From NCBI GenBank assembly GCA_014237915.1, contig JABACC010000006.1:9510-73509 (forward strand): a stretch of DNA of 64,000 nt. Direction: 5' to 3'. Below, piece after piece: positions 51,526-61,049 of this stretch (position 1 is the stretch's first letter; the number at the start of each line of letters is the position of its first letter). The notes beneath the pieces are model-generated. The model saw only the letters and a list, made by a program, of their open reading frames with translations. It had not been told where the DNA came from and ran no database searches. Source of the DNA: Candidatus Paceibacter sp. (GTDB taxonomy: Bacteria; Patescibacteriota; Minisyncoccia; Phycocordibacterales; GCA-2747955). Both the position numbers and the translations under genes were made by a program.

Positions 51526-52320
51526 TTATTTTTTAGATAGTGCCTTTTTTCTTAAAATTAAAATTCTATATTTCCCAAATTGATCTTTTTTGAAAGAGAA
51601 AGATTTTGTTTTTAGGAGCGTCAAAAAATTGAAAATTTTTTGACGCTCCGGCTCATCAAATTCTAAATAAATTTTTCCATTTTTTTCAACAAAAGATGGA
51701 GCTTCTTTTAAAAATTTTTTAATAAAAAAAAGTCCATCAGCGCCTCCAAAAACTGCTTTTTTTGGCTCGTACATTAAAACAGATTTTTGAACATTTTTTC
51801 CATTTTTTTCTGAAACATAAGGCGGGTTTGCTAAAATAAAATTATATTTTTCTTTTGGAATATTTTCAAAAATATCGGAAGAAAATATTTTGTATCTTTT
51901 TTTTTCTATATTATTTAAATCTAAATTAAATTTTATTTGCCCACAAAGCTTTTTATCAATTTCTGAAAAATGAACAATTGTGTTTTTTGTATTTTTTAAA
52001 ACCGAAATTCCTATACATCCAGAGCCTGAAAAAATATCTAAAATTTTTAAGGGCGCAGCCTTCGGCTGCGCCCCATTTTCTAAAAAATTCTCATCTAAAA
52101 AATTTTTTACCCAAAATTCAGTTTCTTCTCTAGGAATTAAAGGTCTGTATTTTAAATTAATTTTTGCTCCAATAAATTCTCTAAAACCAATTATGTAATC
52201 TGTTGGCACACCAAAATAAAGTTTTAAAATATCAAAAAAATAAAAAATTTTCTTTTTTCCGTTATATTTTTCATTTAAAATCCATTTTTTTTCTTTTTCA
52301 AATTTTCTATTTATTTTCAT
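51526..52320 (-). CDS. prmC: Release-factor glutamine N5-methyltransferase
   Basis: SAM motif 'ILDIFSGSGCIG'. 'NPPY' in 'ILANPPYVS'. Confidence 0.8.
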   Translation of the reverse strand: MKINRKFEKEKKWILNEKYNGKKKIFYFFDILKLYFGVPTDYIIGFREFIGAKINLKYRPLIPREETEFWVKNFLDENFLENGAQPKAAPLKILDIFSGSGCIGISVLKNTKNTIVHFSEIDKKLCGQIKFNLDLNNIEKKRYKIFSSDIFENIPKEKYNFILANPPYVSEKNGKNVQKSVLMYEPKKAVFGGADGLFFIKKFLKEAPSFVEKNGKIYLEFDEPERQKIFNFLTLLKTKSFSFKKDQFGKYRILILRKKALSKK

Positions 52321-52391
52321 TAAAATAATTTTAACACAATAAAGGCTGGCAGTTTTTGTAAATATCCTTGTGCTATAATTAAAAATTAAAA

Positions 52392-53342
52392 ATGGAAGAA
52401 AAATTTAACATAGAAGAATATTTAGAAAATCAAAAAACCAAATTTTTGGCAATTGAATATCAAAAAATAAAAAAAGAAAAAGAAGAAATTTTGACTTTTT
52501 TGGAAGACCCTCAAATGAAAGAACTTGCTTTGGAAGATTTAGAAAAAAATGAAAAAATTTTAAAAGATTTAGAAAACCAAATTGTTGAAATTGAAAAAAA
52601 AGAAAAGCAAGAGGAAGAATTTCCAAACGAAATGGTTTTGGAAATAAGAGCAGGAGCGGGGGGAGACGAAGCAAGTTTGTTTGCATCAGAGGTGGCTTTA
52701 ATGTATCAAAAATATTGTGAAAATAAATCTTGGTCTTTTACTATTTTGGGAACTTCCACCACAGAAGCCGGCGGATACAAAGAAGCAAGTTTTGAAATAA
52801 AAGGTTTGGGCTGTTACAAAAAACTAAGATACGAAACAGGAGTCCACAGAGTGCAAAGAATTCCTGCTACAGAAAAACAAGGAAGAATTCATACTTCAAC
52901 AATTACCGTCGCTATAATGCCGATTAGAAAAAAAATAACTATAAAAATTAATCCAGAAGATATTGAGAGAGAAACTTCAAGAGCTGGTGGTGCCGGAGGG
53001 CAGTCGGTTAATAAAAATGAAACAGCGGTGAGGTTAGTGCATAAACCAACAGGAATTGATGTAAGGTGCACCGAAGAGAGAACACAATTAAAAAATCATG
53101 AAAAAGCAATGACGCTTTTACTTTCCAAACTTCAACAGCTTCACGACGAAGAGCAGGAAAAAAAACACAGAGACCAAAGAAGAGAGCAGGTGGGAACAGG
53201 AGACAGATCGGAAAAAATAAGAACTTATAATTTTCCTCAAGACAGATTAACAGATCACAGAATTGGAAAAAATTGGTCAAATTTGGAAAAAATAATGACT
53301 GGAAATATTGAAAATATTTTAGAGGAATTTGAAAAATTTTAA
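52392..53342 (+). CDS. prfA: Peptide chain release factor 1
   Basis: 'PAT' tripeptide in '[17 protein letters not shown]'. GGQ motif '[12 protein letters not shown]'. Confidence 0.85.
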   Translation: MEEKFNIEEYLENQKTKFLAIEYQKIKKEKEEILTFLEDPQMKELALEDLEKNEKILKDLENQIVEIEKKEKQEEEFPNEMVLEIRAGAGGDEASLFASEVALMYQKYCENKSWSFTILGTSTTEAGGYKEASFEIKGLGCYKKLRYETGVHRVQRIPATEKQGRIHTSTITVAIMPIRKKITIKINPEDIERETSRAGGAGGQSVNKNETAVRLVHKPTGIDVRCTEERTQLKNHEKAMTLLLSKLQQLHDEEQEKKHRDQRREQVGTGDRSEKIRTYNFPQDRLTDHRIGKNWSNLEKIMTGNIENILEEFEKF

Positions 53343-53396
53343 AAAAGAAAAAACCCAGCAAACAAAGTCTGCTGGGGATTTTTTTGTTAGTATTTT

Positions 53397-53705
53397 TTAC
53401 CTTTTTCGGTAAGCAGTTACCAAGATAATCGCTGCCGTTAACAGGGCAGAGATCCCCATCGAGGCAAAAAGTACCGTATCCAGTGTCTTGATCGCCCCAA
53501 GAGCAATCATGATCTGAATTGTTAAAAAAATAAAGAACATAGGAATTGAAACCCCACCCAATTCTTCTTTTTTTGCCTTAAACGCTTTTAGCAGTTGTGG
53601 CAACATAGCCAGAGGATTTAAGAAAATCACAAAGCCATACATAAAACTAAAAACCCCCAAGTTAAGGAAGCCTGAGTTCGCCTTTAGAAAAAGCAAAAAT
53701 TCCAT
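53397..53705 (-). CDS. small membrane protein (hypothetical), behind the conserved TTGACA-containing upstream element
   Basis: 102 aa, 3 TM. Upstream element at 53738..53790. Confidence 0.4.
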   Translation of the reverse strand: MEFLLFLKANSGFLNLGVFSFMYGFVIFLNPLAMLPQLLKAFKAKKEELGGVSIPMFFIFLTIQIMIALGAIKTLDTVLFASMGISALLTAAIILVTAYRKR

Positions 53706-53737
53706 AAGGGTATCCTTTCAGTTAAAATTTTAATGAA

Positions 53738-53790
53738 ATCTACTATCTATTATATATATACCTTTGTCAAGTTTTTTTAAATAAAATTTT
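53738..53790 (-). promoter_or_regulatory. conserved about 50-bp upstream element containing TTGACA (copy 1)
   Basis: On the minus strand: aaaaattttatttaaaaaaacttgacaaaggtatatatataatag. Near-identical to 54289..54345. Spacing to the candidate -10 is non-canonical. Confidence 0.45.
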
Positions 53791-53840
53791 TTAAAGAATA
53801 AAAGCTCAATCCAAAGATTGAGCTTTTGAACTTTGAGGGC

Positions 53841-54320
53841 TTACCAAGGAAATATCGTCCTTATTACAATTCCGAGGCAAAATGCCCCCAATGTGATAAC
53901 CCAAGCAAGCATGAGTAGCTGACTAGGTCGAGCTTTTTTACCACCTTCAAGGAAAACAAATAAACATATAATATCTAATGTTAGCAATGAAAGCCACCCA
54001 GACATGTCTGACGCATACACACTTACTTGTTCGTAGCTTTCAAACATTACTGTACCCAACTGAGGGAAAAAAGAAATGGGCCCCAGAAAGATCAAAATAT
54101 TCATTAATTTCCAAGCTCTTGTAAATTTTTTTGAAAAATTTTCAACAAAATTGTAGGGAACCTCTAGTACTAACTCTAGTTTTATACGAGTTTTTTCTAG
54201 TATCTTTTTTACAACTTCCAGTGGCGCTTCTAGTTTTATACGAGTCTTTTCCAACATCACGCAGTCTCCTTTATTTAAATGCAAGCTATTATCAATTATA
54301 TATATATATACTTTTGTCAA
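53841..54320 (-). CDS. membrane protein (hypothetical) with an internal direct repeat near the N-terminus
   Basis: 159 aa. DNA repeat tctagttttatacgagt(t)ttt at 54160..54200 and 54228..54265 gives the peptide repeat 'LEKTRIKLE'. Confidence 0.4.
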   Translation of the reverse strand: MTKVYIYIIDNSLHLNKGDCVMLEKTRIKLEAPLEVVKKILEKTRIKLELVLEVPYNFVENFSKKFTRAWKLMNILIFLGPISFFPQLGTVMFESYEQVSVYASDMSGWLSLLTLDIICLFVFLEGGKKARPSQLLMLAWVITLGAFCLGIVIRTIFPW

Positions 54321-54345
54321 GTTTTTTTAAATAAAATTTTTGTTA
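54289..54345 (-). promoter_or_regulatory. conserved upstream element copy 2
   Basis: See 53738..53790. Confidence 0.45.
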
Positions 54346-54355
54346 AGATTTAGAA

Positions 54356-55642
54356 ATGTTTGAATTTGAGATTTTGAAAAAATTGGGTGGGGGGAGCGCC
54401 CCGCAGGGGCGCTCAGAAAAAAATAAAAAATCTTCGCCAAGAGCAGGAATTTTTAATACACCTCACGGAAAAATTCCAACCCCGGCTTTTGCAACTGTGG
54501 GAACAAAAGCCAACGTGAAAGGGCTTACACCAGAAATGGTAAACGAGCTTGGATCTGAAATTTTTTTAGCAAATACCTACCATCTCTATTTTTATCCCGG
54601 AGATAAAATTATTAAAAAAGCTGGCGGTCTTCACCGCTTTACAAATTGGAAAAAACCTATAATGACAGACTCAGGAGGTTTTCAAGTTTTTTCTTTAGGA
54701 GCTGCTTATGGAAAAGAAGGAGTTTCGAAAATTGCAAAAGAAGAATCGGGGTTTTTACAAGAAAAAATAAATCAAAACAAAAAATCAAAAGTAAAAATTT
54801 CTGAAGAAGGAGCTTTGTTTTTTTCTCCAAAAGATGGCTCAAAACATTTTTTTACTCCAGAGTTTTCAATGGAAGTTCAGCAAAATTTAGGTGCTGATAT
54901 AATTTTTGCTTTTGATGAGTGTGTGGGTTCACAAGCATCTTATAATTATCAAAAAGAAGCAATGGAAAGAACTCACCGTTGGGCCTTAAGATGTGTAGAA
55001 AAACACAAAGAAATTGAAAATAAAAAAGGTGGGATTATAAAAAAAATGGGAGAGAAAATTTTAAAACAAAAAAAAGATTTTCCCCAAGCTCTTTTTGGTG
55101 TTGTGCAAGGAGGAAATTTTTTAGATTTAAGAGAAGAATCTGCAGATTTTTTAGGCAAACAAGAATATTTTTCTGGCTTTGGAATAGGAGGAGCATTTTT
55201 AAAAGAAGATATAGAAAAAATTGTTTCAAAAGTTAACGAGGTTTTGCCAGAAGAAAAACCAAGACATCTTTTAGGAATTGGGGAAGTGGAAGATTTGTTT
55301 GCTGGAGTTGAAGCAGGAGTTGATTTTTTTGATTGTGTGGCTCCATCAAGAATGGCTAGACACGGAAGTTTGCATACAGAAAACGGAAAAATAAATATAA
55401 AAAAAAGTTTGTATAAAGAAGATTTTACTCCGATTGAAAAAAATTGTGAATGTTATGTTTGTAAAAATTTTACAAAAGCTTATGTTCATCACCTTATTCG
55501 CGAAAGAGAAATGTTAGGCTCAACACTGGCCACAATTCATAATTTATATTTTGTTGTTAATTTGGTAAAAAAAATCCGTCAATCTATTTTAGAAGAAAAT
55601 TTTTTTTCATTTAAAAAAGAATTTTTAAAAAAATATTTATAG
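54356..55642 (+). CDS. tgt: Queuine tRNA-ribosyltransferase
   Basis: 'TPAFATVGT', 'FAFDEC', zinc site 'CECYVCKNFTKAYVHHL'. About 50-aa internal insertion relative to typical Tgt. Confidence 0.85.
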   Translation: MFEFEILKKLGGGSAPQGRSEKNKKSSPRAGIFNTPHGKIPTPAFATVGTKANVKGLTPEMVNELGSEIFLANTYHLYFYPGDKIIKKAGGLHRFTNWKKPIMTDSGGFQVFSLGAAYGKEGVSKIAKEESGFLQEKINQNKKSKVKISEEGALFFSPKDGSKHFFTPEFSMEVQQNLGADIIFAFDECVGSQASYNYQKEAMERTHRWALRCVEKHKEIENKKGGIIKKMGEKILKQKKDFPQALFGVVQGGNFLDLREESADFLGKQEYFSGFGIGGAFLKEDIEKIVSKVNEVLPEEKPRHLLGIGEVEDLFAGVEAGVDFFDCVAPSRMARHGSLHTENGKINIKKSLYKEDFTPIEKNCECYVCKNFTKAYVHHLIREREMLGSTLATIHNLYFVVNLVKKIRQSILEENFFSFKKEFLKKYL

Positions 55643-55678
55643 GAATTTCATTTTTTAATTTTTATTTTTAAATAAAAA

Positions 55679-55712
55679 AGCGATGATTGTGATTAAACAC
55701 AAATCATCGCTA
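55679..55712. terminator. hairpin family copy 3 (agcgatgattgtgattaaacacaaatcatcgct)
   Basis: See 48524..48557. Confidence 0.65.
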
Positions 55713-55739
55713 ATGCCGCCGATTAATTTAAGCTTTCTG

Positions 55740-55910
55740 TTAGAACACACTTGTAACGGCATATAGTAATACTCCGCCCATAGCAAAAATAAGCAGTGCG
55801 GCAAACCATCCGACTTGCCTATCTGACTCGAGTTGTCTTTCTAACTCCGACATGGCTTGTGTTTGTCCATGAGACTCTATTTGTTGTTGTTTCTCTGATT
55901 CATCTGACAT
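55740..55910 (-). CDS. small C-terminally anchored membrane protein (hypothetical)
   Basis: SD aggag precedes 'MSDESEKQQQ...GWFAALLIFAMGGVLLYAVTSVF'. Upstream leader 'taatgaatattccccaaccaaaaaacc' resembles 48919..48975. Confidence 0.4.
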   Translation of the reverse strand: MSDESEKQQQIESHGQTQAMSELERQLESDRQVGWFAALLIFAMGGVLLYAVTSVF

Positions 55911-56000
55911 TTTTTTTCTCCTTCTTAATGAATATTCCCCAACCAAAAAACCAAAATATCTTTTTGGAAATTTTTCAGCAATTGGTATAATAAAAAATAT

Positions 56001-56681
56001 ATGATTTATTTAGATAATATTTCAAAAGTCTATACTTCTGGAGAAGAATCTTTGAGCGAAGTTAATATAAATATTGATAAAGGAGAATTTGTCTGTATTG
56101 TGGGCTATTCTGGTGCTGGAAAAACAACTTTAATGAAAATAATTTTAGGAGAAGTTAAACCAACTTCAGGAAATATTTACTTTGACTCTGAAGATGTTTC
56201 TCTTTTAAGTAAAAAAAACATAAATAAACACAGAAGGAGAATTGGTACAATTTTTCAAGACTTCAGGCTTTTACCAAAAAAATCAGTTTATGAAAATATA
56301 GCTTTTGCCATGGAAGCTGCTGGAAAAAAAGAAGAAGATATTAAAAAAGATGTTCCGCACGTTTTAAAATTAGTTGGCCTTTCAGACAAAGAAGAAAGAT
56401 TTCCAAACGAACTTTCAGGTGGAGAAAAACAAAGAGTGGCCATTGCCAGAGCAATTGTAAATAATCCAGATTTAATTATTGCAGATGAGCCAACAGGAAA
56501 CTTAGATCCTATAAATTCTTCCGACATTATCGAAATTTTAAAAAAAATAAATGAAATTGGAACAACGGTAATTTTAACCACCCACGAAAAAAATATTGTA
56601 AACGATCTAGGAAAAAGAGTTATCACTCTCGACAGGGGAAAAGTAACAAGAGACGACAAAAAAGGAACTTTCGTTTTATAA
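56001..56681 (+). CDS. ftsE: Cell division ATP-binding protein FtsE
   Basis: Walker A 'GYSGAGKTT', 'LSGGEKQRVAIARA', 'IIADEPTGNLDP'. Confidence 0.85.
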   Translation: MIYLDNISKVYTSGEESLSEVNINIDKGEFVCIVGYSGAGKTTLMKIILGEVKPTSGNIYFDSEDVSLLSKKNINKHRRRIGTIFQDFRLLPKKSVYENIAFAMEAAGKKEEDIKKDVPHVLKLVGLSDKEERFPNELSGGEKQRVAIARAIVNNPDLIIADEPTGNLDPINSSDIIEILKKINEIGTTVILTTHEKNIVNDLGKRVITLDRGKVTRDDKKGTFVL

Positions 56682-56702
56682 AAAATAAATTATAATAAAA
56701 TT

Positions 56703-57614
56703 ATGACAACCTTAAAAAGAATAATCAGCTCTGGAGTAAAAGCTTTCTACAGAAACGGGCTTTTATCAACTTCTGCTATTTTAGTTATTACGATTGCTCT
56801 TTTGGTTTCTCTTGCATCTTTTTTATCAATTGAAACTTTAAAAGCATCAACTACTCAGCTTGAAAAAAAAATAGACATAAATATTTATTTTAAACAAGAA
56901 GCCCTTGAGGAAAATATTCTATCTTACAAAGAAGATTTAGAAAAAATAGATGAGGTTTTGTTTGCTGAATATATTTCTAAAGAGCAAGCTTTAGAAAATT
57001 TTAAAAAAAGACACGCTGACAACGAAAACCTTTTAAAAGCACTTGAAATTACAGGAGAAAATCCGCTAACAGCTGTTTTAAATATTAAAGCAAAAGAGCT
57101 TTCAAAATATTCTTATATTTCTGATTTTATTGAGTCAAAAGAAACTCAAGAAAAATATCCAATAATTGAAAATGCTAATTACAATCAAAATAGAAATGCT
57201 ATTGAGAAATTAAATGTCTTAATTTATTATGTGGAAATTATAGGAATATTTATTTCTCTTATTTTGCTCGGACTTTCCTTGGTGGTAACTTACAATACCA
57301 TAAGATTAACAATTTATATTTACAAAGAAGATATTTCTATAATGAAACTTGTCGGAGCTTCTAATTTTTTTACCAGAGGACCATTCTTGGTGGAAGGAAT
57401 TATTTATGGATTTGTCGCATCATTTTTTGCTTTAGCAATTTCTTGGGTAGGAATTTTTTATGCTGCCCCACATCTTTCAGAAATTTTTATTTTAGACATA
57501 AATGTTTATTTTTCTCGAGAAGTTTTTGAAATTTACGCAGGGCTTTTAATTGCAGGAATTTTAATCGGAGTAATTTCTTCTTACTTAGCTGTTCGAAAAT
57601 ATTTAGAAATTTAA
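56703..57614 (+). CDS. ftsX: Cell division permease FtsX
   Basis: TM1, large periplasmic loop, three C-terminal TMs. Adjacent to ftsE. Confidence 0.8.
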   Translation: MTTLKRIISSGVKAFYRNGLLSTSAILVITIALLVSLASFLSIETLKASTTQLEKKIDINIYFKQEALEENILSYKEDLEKIDEVLFAEYISKEQALENFKKRHADNENLLKALEITGENPLTAVLNIKAKELSKYSYISDFIESKETQEKYPIIENANYNQNRNAIEKLNVLIYYVEIIGIFISLILLGLSLVVTYNTIRLTIYIYKEDISIMKLVGASNFFTRGPFLVEGIIYGFVASFFALAISWVGIFYAAPHLSEIFILDINVYFSREVFEIYAGLLIAGILIGVISSYLAVRKYLEI

Positions 57615-57654
57615 TTTTTAAAGATAAAAATTTTAAATATGTTAAAATTTTTTA

Positions 57655-59379
57655 ATGCATCAAGAAACTTCTTTAGATATTTTAAAAACAGGAAATAATG
57701 TTTTTCTAACAGGCTCAGCAGGAACGGGAAAAACCTATGTTTTAAACCAGTATAAATTTTTTTTAAAAAAAAATAATTTATCTTATGCAATTGTGGCCCC
57801 AACAGGAATTGCAGCCTCTCATTTAGGTGGATCGACAATCCATTCTTTTTTTTCTTTAGGAATAAAGGAAAAAATTTCTGATTTTGAAATTGATGCTCTT
57901 TTGCAAAAAAAATATTTATGGTCTCGATATGAAAAATTAAATACTTTAATTATTGATGAAGTTTCAATGGTTTCTCCAGACATTTTTGAAGCCGTTGATA
58001 AAATTTTACGAGCTTTCAAGTTTTCAAACAAATCTTTCGGCGGAGTTCAAATTATTTTGTCTGGTGATTTTTTTCAACTTCCGCCAATAACTTCTAATAA
58101 AAAATCAGAAAAAAAATATATTTGGCAAACAAATCTTTTCGAAGAGAGTAATTTAAAAATTTGTTATTTAGAAAAAAATTTTAGACAAAAAGAAGGAGAG
58201 CTCGTTTCTGTTTTAGAAGAAATAAGAAGCGGAAATGTTTCAGAAGAATCAATGAACCTTCTTCGAAAATCTTATAAAAGAAAAATTGATAATTTCAGGC
58301 CAACAAAACTTTATACGCACAATATTGATGTTGATAGAATTAATCAAGAAGAACTAAAAAAAATAGACGAAAAATCCAATTTTTTTGAAGCCGAAACAAA
58401 AGGAGCTAAAAAGAATTACCAGAAAATTTTTTCTTCTTCACTGCTTTTAGAAAAAATTGAGCTTAAAAAAGGAGCTGTTGTTATTTTTATTAAAAATTCT
58501 ACGGAAAAAGGTTTTGTAAATGGAACTTTAGGAAAAATTATTTCTTTTGACGAAAAAACAAAAAATCCAATTGTGGAAATTTTTTCTGGAAGAAAAATTA
58601 TTGTCGAAAAAATGCTTTTTGAAATAGAAAATGAAGATGGAAAAGTTACAGCTTCTGTTTCTCAAATTCCTTTAAGGCTTGCTTGGGCCATAACAATTCA
58701 TAAATCTCAAGGAATGTCTTTAGATGCTGCTGAAATTGATCTTTCTAAAACTTTTGAGTTTGGCCAAGGTTATGTGGCTTTTTCAAGATTGAAAAAAATA
58801 GAAGGCTTAAGATTGATGGGGCTTAATAAAATTGCTCTTGAGGTGGATAAAAAAATTTTAGAAATAGATGAAAAAATGAGAGAAAATTCTTTGGATAATA
58901 AAAATGAATTTGAAAAAAAAAGTAAAAAAGAAATTTTAGAAATGGCTAAAATTTTTGTAGAAAAAAATAATTTAAAATGGAAAGGAGACTTAGATTCAAA
59001 TGAATTTGAAAAAGAGAAAAAAAAGGAAGAAAAGAAAATAAAAGAAAAAGTTTTTTCTGAAAATTCTACTTATGAAAAAACTTTGGAATTATTGAAAAAA
59101 GAAAAAACTTTAAAAGAAATTTCTAAAAAAAGAAATTTATCTGAAGATACAATCTTGAAACATATTTTAAAAATAAAAAAAGAAAATAAGAATCTTAATT
59201 TGGATTTTTTAAAACCAGAAAAAAATATTTTAGAAAAAGTTAAAAAAGCTAAAAAAATTTTAGAGAAAAAAAAAGAAAATTTAGATTTAGATGGAAATTT
59301 AAAATTAAAACCAGTTTTTCAGTTTTTAGACGAAAAAATTTCTTATGATGAAATTAAAATATCTTTTATTTTTTTATAA
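57655..59379 (+). CDS. Pif1/RecD-family ATP-dependent DNA helicase with a Lys-rich C-terminal extension
   Basis: Walker A 'GSAGTGKT', Walker B 'LIIDEVSMV', 'ILSGDFFQLPPI', C-terminal 'ITIHKSQGMS'. Confidence 0.75.
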   Translation: MHQETSLDILKTGNNVFLTGSAGTGKTYVLNQYKFFLKKNNLSYAIVAPTGIAASHLGGSTIHSFFSLGIKEKISDFEIDALLQKKYLWSRYEKLNTLIIDEVSMVSPDIFEAVDKILRAFKFSNKSFGGVQIILSGDFFQLPPITSNKKSEKKYIWQTNLFEESNLKICYLEKNFRQKEGELVSVLEEIRSGNVSEESMNLLRKSYKRKIDNFRPTKLYTHNIDVDRINQEELKKIDEKSNFFEAETKGAKKNYQKIFSSSLLLEKIELKKGAVVIFIKNSTEKGFVNGTLGKIISFDEKTKNPIVEIFSGRKIIVEKMLFEIENEDGKVTASVSQIPLRLAWAITIHKSQGMSLDAAEIDLSKTFEFGQGYVAFSRLKKIEGLRLMGLNKIALEVDKKILEIDEKMRENSLDNKNEFEKKSKKEILEMAKIFVEKNNLKWKGDLDSNEFEKEKKKEEKKIKEKVFSENSTYEKTLELLKKEKTLKEISKKRNLSEDTILKHILKIKKENKNLNLDFLKPEKNILEKVKKAKKILEKKKENLDLDGNLKLKPVFQFLDEKISYDEIKISFIFL

Positions 59380-59454
59380 AAAATATAAATTTATAATAAA
59401 TAACTTTTTGGATATTAAAAAAATTGGTATATAATAATATTATAATATTTAAAT

Positions 59455-60036
59455 ATGCCTGAAGTTATAAATTCATCTTTTATACCAAAAAAAGACCTTG
59501 GGGGAGGATCCCAAAAAAAAAGAAAAGGAGGAGGAATTGACATCTTTCTTCTAATTGCTTTGATTATTTTTTTATCATCAATTGTTCTTTCGTTAGGAGT
59601 TTTTTTGTGGTCACAATCTGTTCAAAATAAAAATGAGGAGCTTTTTATTCAAATAGAAAGCTATAGAGATAATTTTGCCATTTCTTCTATCATAGAGTTA
59701 ATAAGTGTTAGTAACAAAGTGGAGGCAGCAAAAGAAATTTTAGATAATCACTACTCTGTTTTACCAGCTTTTTCCTATCTTGAAGAAAATACGTTGTCTG
59801 ATATTTATTTAAACGATATGGTTGTATCAGAAAAAGGAAATAAAATTGAAGTTAGTGCCACAGGAATTGCTCCAGATTTTGATTACGTTGCTTACGCTTC
59901 AAAAGTTTATGCAAGAGACGACAGAATAGATGATTTAATTTTGGAAAATTTTTCTAGAAATAATTTAAATGAAGTAGTTTTTAATTTATCTTTTTCTATG
60001 GACAAAAGTTTTCTGTATAATCTAAGTAATAATTAA
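59455..60036 (+). CDS. type IV pilus assembly membrane protein, PilN-like (bitopic)
   Basis: Short cytoplasmic N-terminus, one TM, periplasmic domain. Placed in the pilus cluster. Confidence 0.4.
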   Translation: MPEVINSSFIPKKDLGGGSQKKRKGGGIDIFLLIALIIFLSSIVLSLGVFLWSQSVQNKNEELFIQIESYRDNFAISSIIELISVSNKVEAAKEILDNHYSVLPAFSYLEENTLSDIYLNDMVVSEKGNKIEVSATGIAPDFDYVAYASKVYARDDRIDDLILENFSRNNLNEVVFNLSFSMDKSFLYNLSNN

Positions 60037-60038
60037 TT

Positions 60039-60602
60039 ATGAATTTTATCTTTCCAATAATTTTAATAATAATTTCTGGAGGGCTTTTTTACATACAAAT
60101 TGATCCCACTTATAAACAAATAAAAGAAGACTCTCAACAGGCAGAAGAATACAATTCTATAATTTCAAAAACTACAGAAATTAGAAAAATAAGAGAGGAA
60201 CAAAGATCAAAATTAAATAGTATAACTTCTTCAGACAGGACAAAACTAGAAAAAATTCTTCCAGACCATATAGATAATATTCAGCTTATTTTAGACATTC
60301 AACAAATTGCTTACAAATATTCGATGCCCAGCATAAGCGATGTTTCAATTGTAGAAAACAATAATTCTGAAAACGGAAAGGGAATTGTTGCTGAAGGCGA
60401 TGAGCTTTATGACTCTGTCGGATTTTCTTTTTCTGTCATCTCAAACTACTCTGCTTTTAAAAATTTTATAAAAGATTTAGATAAATCCCTTCGAATAATG
60501 GATATACAATCAATTTCTTTTTCAAAATTAAATTTAGGTCAAGGAGAGAGTTTGGATGTTTACAAGTTTAACGTTGAAGTAAGAACTTATTGGTCTAAGT
60601 AA
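60039..60602 (+). CDS. type IV pilus assembly membrane protein, PilO-like
   Basis: N-terminal TM, coiled-coil region. Synteny with pilB/pilT. Confidence 0.4.
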   Translation: MNFIFPIILIIISGGLFYIQIDPTYKQIKEDSQQAEEYNSIISKTTEIRKIREEQRSKLNSITSSDRTKLEKILPDHIDNIQLILDIQQIAYKYSMPSISDVSIVENNNSENGKGIVAEGDELYDSVGFSFSVISNYSAFKNFIKDLDKSLRIMDIQSISFSKLNLGQGESLDVYKFNVEVRTYWSK

Positions 60603-60612
60603 TTTATTAAAT

Positions 60613-61044
60613 ATGAAAGATTTATTAAAAAATAAAAAAATAAAAAATTTTGCAGCAATTGCCGTTGTTATTTTAATCATAGCTTTTGTGGTAAATTTTT
60701 TTACAGACTCAGACGAAGAAGAGCTACTTAAAGCTGAAAATAAAATTGATGATTCTCTTGAATCTGGAATCGAAATTTTAGAAACTTTAAATCAGCTTAA
60801 AGTTGTAGACATAGACTCAAATTTTTTTTCAAGATCAGATTTTTCTGATTTAGATGATTTTTCTTACTCAATTGAAGAAAAAAATGTTGGAAAAAATAAT
60901 CCATTTTTAGAGTCTTCAAAAAATTTTATTCCTGAAGATGAAGATATAAAAAATATTGAGGATGAAGATGCATTATCTGAAAATCAAGAAATAAATTCAA
61001 ATCAACAGACAAATCCTGGTTTTGGAATTTTTAATCTTGAATAA
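60613..61044 (+). CDS. acidic bitopic membrane protein in the pilus cluster (PilP-like?)
   Basis: One TM, then a highly acidic region. Confidence 0.3.
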   Translation: MKDLLKNKKIKNFAAIAVVILIIAFVVNFFTDSDEEELLKAENKIDDSLESGIEILETLNQLKVVDIDSNFFSRSDFSDLDDFSYSIEEKNVGKNNPFLESSKNFIPEDEDIKNIEDEDALSENQEINSNQQTNPGFGIFNLE

Positions 61045-61049
61045 TTTTT

